Positions 39,192 through 51,301 of a DNA stretch of 55,866 bases are shown one piece after another (within the stretch, counting starts at the first letter, position 1; each line of letters begins with the position of its first letter). Below the pieces are notes generated by a model. The model saw only the letters and a list, made by a program, of their open reading frames with translations. It was not told the origin of the DNA and did no database searches. Both the position numbers and the translations under genes were made by a program. This DNA comes from Pseudovirgaria hyperparasitica. Lineage: Eukaryota. Location of the stretch: the NCBI GenBank assembly GCA_010093815.1, contig ML996568.1; one strand, written 5' to 3'.

Positions 39192-42100
39192 CTATTTCCT
39201 GCCTCTTCCACGACCTTTACTATTGTTACCCCTGGCAACAGCCTTTCCCTTCTTGGGCTTGACTTCCTCCTCATCACTCAGCTCTTCATCGCTATCGTCC
39301 TTCTTGGTCCTTTTCTTGGCCGCTGGCTTGGGCTTTGCTGCGGCCTTCTTCTTCTTGGGCTGTTTGACATACTTGTCTTTCGACAGGTCAACCTCTTCTT
39401 CATCCTCTTCCTTGACTTCATTGATGACTTGATCATCGTCGGACTCTTCGATGGCCTCTTCAAGATCAGGCTGCTCCTTTTGTTTGGCTTTGGGTTGGAG
39501 AACGTTACCTGCCTTCATAAAAGGCAGTGGATGTGACTGTTGATTGTACCTAGAGATGATTAGCTTAGCGGTTCCATATTGCATACCCAGTACTCACAGT
39601 CTGGTGAAGGTGGCTTTGGCCTGAGACTCAATGTTGACTTTCTCTTGGTCCATGTATCCAACGCCTAATTCCTGAATAGCATCAAAGTCATCCTTTGTCA
39701 AGAAGTAGCTGTCCATCAAATCAATAACAGCAGGGACAGCCTCCTTGCCATCTGTCTCCAATTTCTTCACCATCTGCGACCACAAGACGGGCACGTAAGA
39801 TTGTCGTATCTCGTGACGATCTGCTGATGATCTTAGACGCATATGGCCTTGTATTTCCTTCACCATACGCTGCATCTTCTGCGCGGAGCTGTTCTTGCCT
39901 AGCCAAGAGGGAAAGCCGGTCTTGTAGCCCGCCATGCTTCCAGACACGAAACTCGCGGGGCGTACGAAGCTGAAGGCAGCATGAGTGGGCATAAGACTCC
40001 ACTGTTGCTGTGAGCCATGGATCATCCGGTCAACTAGATCGCCGTCGCTGATGCTTGAGGCAGCGTTGTCAACAAGCTCGAGCATCTTCAGGTTTCTCTC
40101 TTTACCAGTGTAAGTCGACGCGACGATTGGGTTTGTACCAAGATAGTTCTCTTGTAGCATCAAATAGCTGAGCTCATGATCATTAAAATATAGCTCAATC
40201 TTCTCGTTCAGGGTAGCTTTGCTGCTGGCAGCGAACATTCCCCCGCCAAGTATCTTGCCAACGATGTCCCATGGCTTTAGAATAACGTGTTTCTCCCATG
40301 CCTTCGACATAGACTTGCCGCCATCAAAGTCCATAGCTTCCTGATCCAACTTTGCTGTCGAAACCATATTGACGACCTGGCGGATATCGGCGTTACTCCC
40401 TTCGATAAGAGCGTTGATTACGTTGGGCGGGACCTTCAAGCCCTCACGAAACGCAATAGTCATGATACGAGACCGAATGTGATCAACAGTTGGACGTCGA
40501 AATGGTAAGTCATATGTGCAGTGATCAAAAGGCTTCATCTTTGGCAACCTTCGATCATTGCAGATCAGGATCATGGGGACCTGTGTCTTCTTGCAAACCG
40601 CAGCCAATGCGCCGACACCACCACGATCACCAGCTGACATACCGTCAACCTCATCCATGATAAGCACCATCTTTTTCTTAGAAGCCTCGACTTGCTTGCC
40701 ATCGCCTGAGAAGTATCCGAGTAAGGATGTGGTACTGAGTACTCCTCGGAGGCCTTCCTCGACTAGCTTCTTGCTCCTAGTGTCGCTTGCATTACTTTCA
40801 ACGATGTCATAGCCCTCGAGTTTGGCGACAAGATGAGCAGCAGTGGTTTTGCCAATGCCTGGTGGGCCATGGATAATGACAGCTCGGTAAGTGCCACTGC
40901 CGTCAGCGCCCGCAAGCTTGAAGTTTGTGCGCACTGCTCGAGGAAAGTTCTTGAGCCACTTCTGTAGCTTGTCCACCTGCGTTTTATTGCCACATATCTG
41001 GCTTAGCTGCGTAGGAGCGTACTTGACAGTCCAGAGCCTGTTATCAGGTCTGGCTTCTACAGCTTTCTCAAGATTCCCCGATGATGAAGCTTTGCCTCCG
41101 CCTGCTCTACCAGCGCCATCCTTTCTTTGGTCTCCCTTCTGCATTCTTGTTGCCAACTGGTTCATCTTTGCCTCTTCAGCTTTCTGCTTTTCTTGACGTT
41201 CTTCCCTTTCCATTTCCGCGGCCATTTTCTTGATCTTTTCTTCTTCAGCTTTCTGTTTTTCCTCATAGGCTGCTGCAGCTTTGCTGTCGCCGCCATTCGC
41301 AGGAAGACGTCGAATAAGCTCGAAGAGACCATCCTCATCGATAGTCTTGATACCGTTCGTTCTGATTGTCTGAAGCTTTTTGGGACCGGCATCAGAACCA
41401 AGGACCACGTAGCTTGTCTTCTTACTCGGCGCAGTGGTCACTTTACCCCCATAGCGCTTAACCAGAGCTTGTCCTTCTTCTCTTTGTAGTGTTTGCAGGA
41501 GACCGGTGAATACAAATGTAAGACCAGCGAGGCAGTTCGGTTGACCGGTAGGAATATCCGCCGAGCCAGCGGAGGGTGGTGCTCCTGAATTGGCATGTTG
41601 TGCCCGGAAGTTGAATTTTTTCGCCTCTCCAGATGCAGGCGGTGGGGTCGGAGGTCGTATGGTAGGAATGCTGTCGAAGATCTCTTGCACCTTCGGATTC
41701 TCCGGTACGTCTTCCTTCTTCGCTTTTTTCTTGACAGGGGACTTCTTTGCTGGTGCAGCTTTCCTGGTCTTCTTCGAAGGCTCTGCTTCTTCGTCTTCTT
41801 CAGACAATTCCACGGATTTTCGCTTCCGGCTCGATGTTTTTGTACTCTTTCCACCGTCCTTTGATTTGCTCTTGACAGCTTCCTTATGGTCATCTGAGAC
41901 AGTGAAATCACTATCGGCGTCCGTGTCCTTCATATTGATGTCATGACCGTCGGGCTCGTAGTTCTCCTCGTGGTCGTCCTTTGCCTTCTTCGTGCCCTTT
42001 CTTTTTGGCGTCTGGTGATGGGGAAGCTTTACATGAGTAACGTCCAGACTTTCAACGTAATTATCGGTATCTATCCTTCTGTTTTTGAAATCAGCTGCAA

Positions 42101-42724
42101 ATATATCATCGGCGCCATCATCATCATCGTTAAGGTATGCATCAATGTTATCTTCGTCTTCGTTATACGTCATTGGTTTCTTCGCGCGGGTCGAGGTTCG
42201 TCCATTTGTAGCAGGTGGAGAAGGCTTAGTTCGAGACTTGGCTGGAGAAGATTTGGGGCTGGCTTTGGGTGTTGTAACCTCTGTGGTTGCATTTTTCCTT
42301 TTCACTGGTTCCGAACGTTTTGGTTTCTTACTTCCAAAGTAATCGGATGTAGTTGTGGCTTGTCCCTCAGGGGTAGGTTCACGCTTCGCTTTGGGCGCAG
42401 ACTTCTTAGGCGTGGGTTTCGTGGGAGCATCATCTTCCTCTGAGTCATCATGGATCACTCGGCGGGTGGCAGGACGGCCTCGCTTCTTCGTGGGCGGGGC
42501 CTGTTTGTATTTAGCACCAGTTTGACGAAGATCTAACAAGTTTGGAGGGTATGACATTGGGAAACGTTACAGAGAAGAAGGGATACGGAATTGAATGCGA
42601 AAGCCGACGGGTATCTTCATGAGCCAAAGTGCCAACAAAGTGAACTCACCTCCTCCTTTCGTGCAGGTAACTTCTGAGTCCCTTGCCCACCACCGCCAAA
42701 GAAACTCCTGATATCAGAAGGCAT
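39192..42724 (-). CDS. RFC1: Replication factor C subunit 1 (clamp loader large subunit)
   Basis: MPSDIRSFFGG first exon; BRCT domain (NCLAGLTFVFTG..GGKVTTAPSKKTSYVVLG); LWTVKYAP; Walker A GPPGIGKT; Walker B DEVDGMS; RFC1 C-terminal KATFTRLYN across the last intron. Confidence 0.97.
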
Positions 42725-42851
42725 TATATCCCAAAACTAATCAAAACAATTGGAATACGTTCAAACATGTAATGCAAAAGAGCAGCGTTTCAGAAAAGAT
42801 TGGTGATGTGAAATGGAAAGACAAGCCTACCTGATGCTCCGCTTCCTTAGG

Positions 42852-42993
42852 ACGCGCTCATAATGAGGTAGACGCGGGAAAGCGCGTCCGCCGCGCCGCG
42901 GTAGAACTTCGCAGTGATGAATCCGGATCCGTTTGTCCATAGTTACATGGGAAAGCTTGGCGCCCGATGCACGTCTATGCCACCAACACGCGT
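42852..42993. promoter_or_regulatory. Cluster of MCB-like (ACGCG/ACGCGT) elements upstream of RFC1
   Basis: ACGCG at 42852 and 42872, CGCGT at 42883, full ACGCGT at 42988. MBF control of DNA replication genes is established in ascomycete yeasts. Confidence 0.6.
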
Positions 42994-43126
42994 TTTTATA
43001 TATAATTAATATTTTACGGCATCATCGCCGTACTACACGTATATAGGGTCTATAACTATATAATATAGTATATAAGAGTTAGTATATATAATATTTAGTA
43101 TTTTTAACTTACTAACGCGTGTATAT

Positions 43127-44227
43127 ATAGTACCCTAGGGTATTATCTATCCCGATTCCGTATACGGATAAATTAACTTCCTCCTATAATATAATATACC
43201 TATTAATAAGATTATCGCTATTACTAAAGTTAGTAAGAATATAGTATATAGAATAAGGTTTAACCTTAAGATATACGGATAGAGAAATAAACCGTGGTTA
43301 ATACGTTATGGTCTACCTTATCGACTAAGCGATTATATAATACGATAACTACTTAAGAGACTACTTCGTAAGAGCTGGCTATACCTTAATAAGATAGCTA
43401 GATAGATATATAAAGAGTTTAATCTTACTATATCTAAATAGCTTCTATCTAAAGAGTTATCTAAGCGAGGGTGGGATTATAAGCTATTAAAATATATTAG
43501 TAGTACGCGCTTAGAGATAGCGCGTGCTTTATACCTTAAGAATATTATAGAGCTACTAGTAGACTCGTACGTCTTCTTAGATAAGGTTATTTTTAATAAG
43601 AAAATTAGATAGAGGCGTCGAGCTAGAGTACTAAAAGAATAGACTCTAACTAAGATTAGTACTCTTAATTAAGGACCTACGTATAGCGTATATAGAGCTA
43701 TTACGGCTAATGGTTTTATCTACTATTAGATAAAGGAAGGTTATTTCTCGATGGATAAGTTCTATACCTAGCTATAAGTATATCTATTACCTACCCTTAA
43801 GGTAAAATACCCCGGGCGTATAATAATAATTATTATAGATAATCTCGCACTTTATACAAACTAATAGATTAAGCTACTTATACTTAGCGCTAGCTATATT
43901 ATATAGTATATACTACCGTACTTACCTAACTTTAATTCTATTAAGCTTATATAGGCGGTAATAAAGGCATAGATTTATAGGTGGTATATCTAGATACGTT
44001 AGTAATCTTAAACTTTTAAGAACTTCCTCTATATCGTATTTATATATAGCTATACTAATTAGTAGGCTCTATGCTTCTTTAAATATACTATAGATAGATA
44101 CTATATTAATGAGACGCTCTAGTAGAAGGTAGTTACTAATTTAGAGAGGTTTAGATAAGGTAGAGATGGTAGAGAGATTACTAAAGTTAAGGAGATTAGG
44201 AGACTTTTTTACGAACTCGTTAAGTAA
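43127..44227 (+). mobile_element. RIP-inactivated IS630/Tc1/mariner (DDE_3-type) transposase
   Basis: One frame of ~367 codons with RIP-type stops. Reads VFLD(K<E)VIFN.K, IIIDNLA and ILPYLPNFNSIKL (de-RIP ~MPPYSPDFNPIEL.W), plus N-terminal HTH-like WLYL(D)(E)..W..EF. Confidence 0.85.
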
Positions 44228-44382
44228 CTTACTTATTACTAACTTACTAATAAGTAAGTTACTTAGCTAGCTAGTAATAGTCTATATATATATCCGTTTT
44301 AGGTACTATTCGTTAAGTATATAGCCTTAATATATAAATATATACTCCTAAATATACTCTAAGAAATACTATACCATTCCTA

Positions 44383-45235
44383 TCTAAATACTAGTTATAC
44401 TAGTTATAGTAAACGCCTAGAGCGAGGACGCTGTCTTACTTACCTTAAGTTACTCCTTATACTTACGAAGGTATAGACGTACGTCTAGTAGAATACTAAG
44501 TAGAATACCTACTATCTTCGCGGCTTTATAATAAGTAGTTCTAGGCCGAGTTATCTCCTTAATATAGCGGTAAGTATAGTAGTTATTATCTATATATAGT
44601 CTTAATTCGTGTATTCTAGCCCTCGTCTTATTATAAGTCTCTATCTCCTTATACTATTTAAGAGCTAATAGTACTATATCCGTCTAGTAACGCCCTAGTT
44701 ATACTAGACTACTAAAGGTTTCTATAACTCGTGTCTAAGGGGGTGTTTTATAATAAGTCTTACGAGTTAATAAATAATTCGAACTATAAGTAGATAGAGA
44801 GTAAGGTTAAGATTAAGGTTAAGGAAATATAGATATCTATATAGGTATTATAGGATTAAACCTATAACGCTATAATTCTATCTAATAAAGTAGTTAAGTA
44901 TACGCGAGCTTATCTTTATTATCTTAATAATATCTTACCGCCGCCTCCTTACGCTTAATTATTATCTATCTTATCTACTTATCTTAAAGCCTCGTATTCC
45001 GCTCCTTATAATCTAACTTAGCCTTCTTATATTATAATCTCTTTATTTTGAGGCGCTTAAGTATAGAAGTAGTACTTCCGTTAACGGTAGTTAATAAGGT
45101 ACTAGTTCTACTACTAGTTCGAGACTTCCTTAGGCACGGTCGAGTAATAATCTTATAGAATAAGTCTATTAACGGCTTATCCTTAGTTACGCCTTAAATA
45201 CTATTAATAATATTATTAGCCTATGGCTCTAAGAT
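44383..45235 (-). pseudogene. RIP-inactivated second ORF (coiled-coil, Q/P-rich) convergent with the transposase; 5' part cut off by LTR insertion
   Basis: Single frame for ~280 codons whose stops are TAA/TAG (revertible to CAA/CAG/TGG). De-RIP reading gives a charged coiled coil, FPQPQSQP, FSSPV..W and KAAK..GI.L..L.DVR.YLRKYKE. End coordinate approximate. Confidence 0.55.
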
Positions 45236-45471
45236 TGTTAGGCACGTGAGGAGCACGTGGCCTACTAGTTGATTATACATGTGTATAGTAGTCGTATATA
45301 AGTAGTGTACTCTACCCTTGAAGTAGTAGCTTCAAGATTCGGTTCTTTTGGTGTAGTTAGTTAGTGCGTAGAGCCCGCCTCCTTATAAAGATAGTCTTAT
45401 CTACCTTATAGTAGAGTATTCTATTAGATAATATAATCTTATAGTACTAACCTTAGTAGTTTATATATATC
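45236..45471. mobile_element. Fragment of a different LTR, interrupted by gypsy copy 1
   Basis: Starts with TGTTA exactly where the upstream ORF is cut. Contains TATATAAG and is less RIP-affected than its flanks. Ends at the start of the gypsy LTR. Confidence 0.5.
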
Positions 45472-45694
45472 TATAAAGAGTAAAGACGTAGGATAGTAGT
45501 CTAATAGTTTATAGAGAGACATAGAAATGTATTTATAGAGTAATCTTACTCTTATATAAGGTTAATTCCTAATAAGTAGGAATCGGTTTATACGGTCTAC
45601 TTATATAGTAACCTCGCTTAACTTAGCTAACTTAACCTAGCTCTAGCCACTACGTGGCTATATAGATTAGAATAGTCTATATAGATCTATTATA
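45472..45694 (-). repeat. LTR of copy 1 (223 bp)
   Basis: Matches 51302-51524 at an offset of 5830. Termini T(G>A)TAA...TTA(C>T)A. Confidence 0.8.
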
Positions 45695-46188
45695 GTTCCC
45701 GTCCTAATAATATCCTTCTTCTTTTTATACTTCGCCCTAAAGTACTTAAGTATATATAATTCTAAGTCTCTATAATCTATTATATATCTATATATCCGTA
45801 ACTAAGTTTCTATAATGTTATAACCATCCTTAATATAGATAAACTCGAGATTCTAGTTTACTTTTACTAGTTTATATACGCGCTTATCCCTTACTTCGTA
45901 GCTACTATCTAGAATATATAATTACTACTTTAGTTAAGTATATATTTAGCTTCGCTCGCCTTTAATTTTATTCTCTAGTATATCTATCTCGCTCTTAAGG
46001 TAAGTCGTTAATTTATATACTATCTTCCCTAGTTTAGGTTTAGAAGGGTCTATAGTAGTCTATTCTTATTAGAACTAGTCCTATATAACCTATTCGCGTT
46101 ATTATAGTTACTAATTTAGCTTCGTTAATTACCGTTAAGGGTAGATAAATATTCCTTCCTTAGATCTCTAGCTAATATATATATATAG

Positions 46189-47501
46189 ATATCTAATACT
46201 AGTTCTATCTCTAAGCCTACCTTCTCCTCTCGTAAGACTCGCTCTAAAGGTATTGCCTTCTCCCCGGCCACGCCGGCTAAGAAGCCTATCTATTACGGTA
46301 GTATAAAGGCGTGCTCTAAGTTAGAGAAGAGAGTAGCTAGGGCTACTACTACTACTACCTCTACTACTAATATAGCTACTAGTCGCTCTAATCTAGATAA
46401 TCCTAGTACTAAACTTATGGATAAAGTGGTTATAGGTTCTCCTCTCGCTCTAAAGCATATACTATCTACTCTACCTTCTCTAGAGGATAAAGAAGATCTT
46501 ATTATAGATAATAATCGCGAGCCCTTACGCTTACCTATACCGCCGCCTTACTACTCTTCCTTCCGGTCTAATATAGACTAATTTAGTTACTCTAGGTCCT
46601 TTTAGGACCTTAATATTTACTCTAAACCCTAGCCTACTAATAATAAGGCCTAGGTTACTAAGGATACTAAACGTGGTTATAGTTTACGCTATAGAAAAAC
46701 GGCGAACTACGGTTTAATATACTATAAGTATATTAAGGGCTATATAGCCGGCTCTAAATATCTCTTTTACTCTAACTCTAGTATTAGCTACTACTCTACT
46801 AACTACGACGGGCCTATACGCCCTATCTTTACTCTATCTACCCGCTACTACCGCTATACTATAACTAGTAAGACTTATCTATAGGTAAGTATAATAGGCT
46901 ATCTTAATCTAGTATAATCTAAAGTAGTCCGCGCTAATATATTCTTAGATTCCTATATATATATAAGATATATATAACGACCTTCACGTCCGTGAGACCC
47001 TTAGAGGTCCTTATAGCCGCCTACCTACTATATAGAGGGAGTTTAGGGAGCGCTATAAGCTCTTTCTAGAGGTTATTAAAGTATAAGTTATAAGCACGTT
47101 AATTATTTTTAATACCTATTAATTTTTCTAGCTACCGCGAGATCCCTAGCGCCTAGATAGTCTATTCTAGAGAGTCTATTCTAGCTATAGAGGCCGTAGA
47201 GAGGATTCGCTCTATCCCCCCCTATCCGTCTCGCGCTACTAACGGATCTTATAAGAGGTCTACTATTTCTCCCTCTAAGTCGCCTTATAAGAGGGTATAT
47301 ATTCCCTTCTAGATTATTCTAGATCGTATTAGCTAACTTTAGACCTAGTCGCTACGCTCTAGCGCTTAAGGCTCTTCCCTCTAGGCTCTAACGGATTAGA
47401 TTATTACTCTAGAGACTAAGGTTATTATTCTCTACTACTATATTATATAGTTAGAGAGAACTATACTAGAGGTTAGAACGGATAATAAGATAGAGGAGTA
47501 G
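46189..47501 (+). pseudogene. Spliced antisense cargo gene inside gypsy copy 1 (RIP-inactivated, ~400 codons)
   Basis: Exons 46189-46884, 46949-47082, 47132-47501 total 1200 nt in one frame. Intron 46885-46948 has GTAAGT..GCTAAT..TAG. Intron 47083-47131 has a RIP-mutated donor. Stops are RIP-revertible. Confidence 0.7.
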
Positions 47502-50500
47502 CTCTATAGTTCTAGCTCTATAGGTTTAGCTCTATACCTAGCTCTATATATTCTAGATCTACTATAGGTAGTACGCGCCGGCTCTATTTACCTAGCTTTT
47601 ATCTATTTTAGTCCTTTTTAGACTATTTAGATACCCGTTAGCTAGTTTCTAGTAATTTAATTCTTAACTTAATAATATTATATATACGCTCGCTTAGCTT
47701 ATAACTATCGGTTTCTATATTCTAATTTTCCTTAAGTTACCTAAGTGTAGGCACCGTATATAAATTAGTTTATCTCTATGAATTCTATTAGAGCACCCGA
47801 ACTAGTAGCCTAGTAGTTATTAGTTTAGGTACTCTAACCTTTTATATTTTATATTAAGAGTTTAATTCTATAGTAGGGTACCTTTTTTAGGTTCTTAGTT
47901 CTATGTTTTTCTCGTATATAATAGTCTATATTAGTCTATTCTAGACTCTTCTATATTATTCTATTATAGTATATCGCGTCGCGTTCCTAAAATAGTTATT
48001 TACGCTTTCTTTACGTCTAGTAACCGTACGACGCTTAAATTATAGGGCTACTATATAGAGTTTTCCTAGTACGCGTCTAGATTTCCTAGTTTAGCACTTC
48101 GTTCTCTACGGTATCCTTCTTCTTTTTATAATAACTATAATATTACTATACTTATATTAATAATACGCTATTCTATATCTTTTACTTATACGTAGCTATT
48201 ATAGAACTTAAGATATATACCGCTGGTTCCTAGGTGTCCTCGTTCTTAGTATAGTCCTTCTAACGGATTCTATATTTCTAAATACTATCTTTATTAATCC
48301 TATGTTTAATAATATGGTCCACTTCGAATATATCTAGTCTATCTTAGAGTATAATAGAGTATAACTATACGTTTATACGGCCATATATGTTAGGTCGAAA
48401 TCTTTTAAGTAGTAAGACGTGGAACACGTTATAGATTCTTATATTACTTCCTAAGTTAAGCTTATAGGCTCTTATACTAATATAACGTTTAATTTAGAAG
48501 GGACTAGCCATTTTATAATTAAGCTTCTTATTTACTCGCGATGTTTATATATTATAGACATTAAGAAGGACCTTGTTACCCTCCTTATACGTCTAATCCT
48601 TAGCTAACCTATTATAGTACTTCGTATATAAGTCGTTTACTTATTAGATTATAGCGCGATAGTTACGTACGGTTTTAAAGATTTTAATTACTAATTCCTA
48701 AGCGTAGACGTTCACGTCTATTATTTAATTAAATTAGACCGTCTAAGGCTTAAAACCTATCCTTAGACTACGTCCGAGGTTCGCCTAGAAAGGTATAATA
48801 CCTATTATACTATAACGACTATTATTATATATAAACTCTACTATACTTAGTAGGGAGGCCTAGTTATCCTACTTAAAATTATAGAATACGCGTAGATACG
48901 CCTTAAGCGTCTAGTTCTATCGCTCTATCTAGCTATCCGTCTAAGGATAAAATACTATAGATATATTTCTATTTATACTTACTATTTCGTAGAATAACGT
49001 CTAGAATTTAGATATAAAGGTACTTTCTTAGTCTATAACGATTCTTTTTAGTATACTATAGACCTTAATAATCTCGTTCTAGAATATCTACGCTAGTTCT
49101 TTAGATATAATTATCTTCTATACTAGGATATACCTAGATATCTTTATAAGTCTATCTATAATAATAAGAATAGAATTATAACTTATCCTAAGTATCTCGC
49201 TTAGAGGTAAGTTAACTATAAAGTCTATAGTAATATCTTCCTATATAAAGAGAGGGGCTAAAAGAGGCTATAAATTCCTATATGGCTTATATCTAGGGGC
49301 CTTCGTTCTTTAATAAATCGGATAAGTAGCTATCTATTCTTTAATATACTTAGATATATCTTTCTAAAAATAGTACTAACGAATTAAGCTTAGGGTACAT
49401 ATATACCTAAAGTATTCTACTAGATTAGCGTTATAGTATTAGCTAACTACGTTAAATCGCGTGTTACCTATTAGTATATAGTACTTTCTATTATAGTAAA
49501 GTAAGCCGTCTATAAAGGTCTACTTATAGTCTACTTTAGTCTATAATAACCTATCTTACTATATTTTACATAACTTTAAAACTATTAGGTCTATCTTCTA
49601 TAGATCTATAATTAACTAGGCGAGGTTAATTAGATATTTACGCCGGGTATTATTACCCTTCCCGATAGCGCTAATAAACGGCCTACTAGGGACTTCGGTA
49701 CCGCGTCTTTAGTTACCGGCTTCGGTCTTAGAGATTTAATTACTAGTATCGATGTTAGTATCTCGCTAATCGCCTAATAACTTAAAATCTAACCTCGTCC
49801 TTAAGAGTTAGGCCTATAGCTACTCTAGGACTCTATAGCTACTATAATTCTAGGCGCCTTCTTTATAGTTAGGTCTTCTTAATATTCTATTAGCTAGATT
49901 TATACTTCTAGGTCGATAGTAGATTATAAAGTAAAAGTTCGTAAGCTACTTAGCCTATTAGACCTATTAATGGTTTAAAACCGTTATACTTATAAACCCC
50001 TTTAAGTTATAGTAATTAGTTAGTAACTCGACGTTATATATAGTACCTTTAAGATAATATCGCTACTATTTAAATAACTCTACTATTACTAGTAGCTCTT
50101 AGTTATAGATAGTATATCTAGTCTTAATATCGACTATTTTACGTAAGAAGAACGTAACTAGATACTATTAGACCTTTTTAGACTTAGTTAGTCTAGGCTA
50201 GAAGAGAATACCTAAGATTATAAATTCTAACGCGTTAGTTTTAACGTAGATAGATTTAGTTAGGTCGAAGTATACTAGTAATAGGGTAGTTATAAATGCC
50301 TCTTTGATTTTCTTAAAGGAGGCCCTTTCGCCTTCTAATAATTCTATAGACTATAATTTAATATTATACTATTTCTATCTACCGCGGACCGTAATAGACG
50401 AATCTATAGTAGTAGTATACGCGTTAAGCGGTGCTACTAGCCGGGAGAAATACTTAACGAATTTTTAGTAGTAATTAGTAAATCTAATAAAGACACGTAT

Positions 50501-51301
50501 ATCTTAAACCGATTTTAGTTTAGGCTAGTCTATAATAGTAGCGACCCTATCCCTTTCTATAGTTATACCTTAATTAGTAATAATAAAGCTAAGGAAGTTA
50601 ATGTGGTCCTAGTGGAACTCGCATTTAGATAGCTTAATATATAGCTTATATTTTTCTAGCCTATCTAGGACTACGCGTACGTGCTAGATATATTCTTCTT
50701 TATTATTAGAGAAGATAAGAATGTTATTAAGGTATACGATGCACGTTATATTAAGTAGGCCTACTAGCGCGTTATTAATATACGCTTAGAAGGTTCCTAG
50801 CGCGTTAGTTAGTCTAAAAGGAACTACTATATACTCGACGTATCTATAACGGGTCCTAAACGCCGTTTTCTACTTATCGCCCTTCTTAATACGTAGGCGG
50901 TAGTAGATGTTATATAGATCGAGCTTAGTAAAGATCTTTACGCGCCCTAGTCTATTAATAGACTTAGAGATAAGAGGTAGTAGGTAACGATTCTTTCGCG
51001 TAATATTATTTAGGCTATAGTAGTCGATATATAGATAGAGACTTCTATTCTTCTTCTTTATAAAGAGAATTAGAGCTCCGGCTAGGGATATACTAGGCCT
51101 AATCTATTCTTACGTAAGGTTCTTTTCGATATATTCTTAGAGGATCTATAGCTTAGGTTCTAATAGAGGGTAGATAGGTCCGTATAGGGGTTATTAACCG
51201 TCTTCGAGGTTAATAGTAAGGTTAGTAGGTTAGTATTAAGGTAATTCGGACGAGTCGATCGCTAACGCGATATGTTAGTACATTTTATACTAATATAGTA
51301 G

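Larger units (their letters stand above)
45472..51301 (-). mobile_element. Ty3/gypsy chromovirus LTR retrotransposon, copy 1 (3' portion; RIP-inactivated; interrupted just upstream of RT)
   Basis: 3' LTR 45472-45694 with adjacent PPT-like AGGACGGGAAC. Chromodomain ~48200-48335 (FEVDHI..Y.IRW(*)KDY...DTW(*)EP). Integrase ~48400-49500 (C..C.RTK, W(*)EDIT.DFIV.LP). RNase H ~50000-50300. RT ~50400-51250 with YLDD mutated to YLNN at 50723-50734 and KTAFRTRY. Confidence 0.93.
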
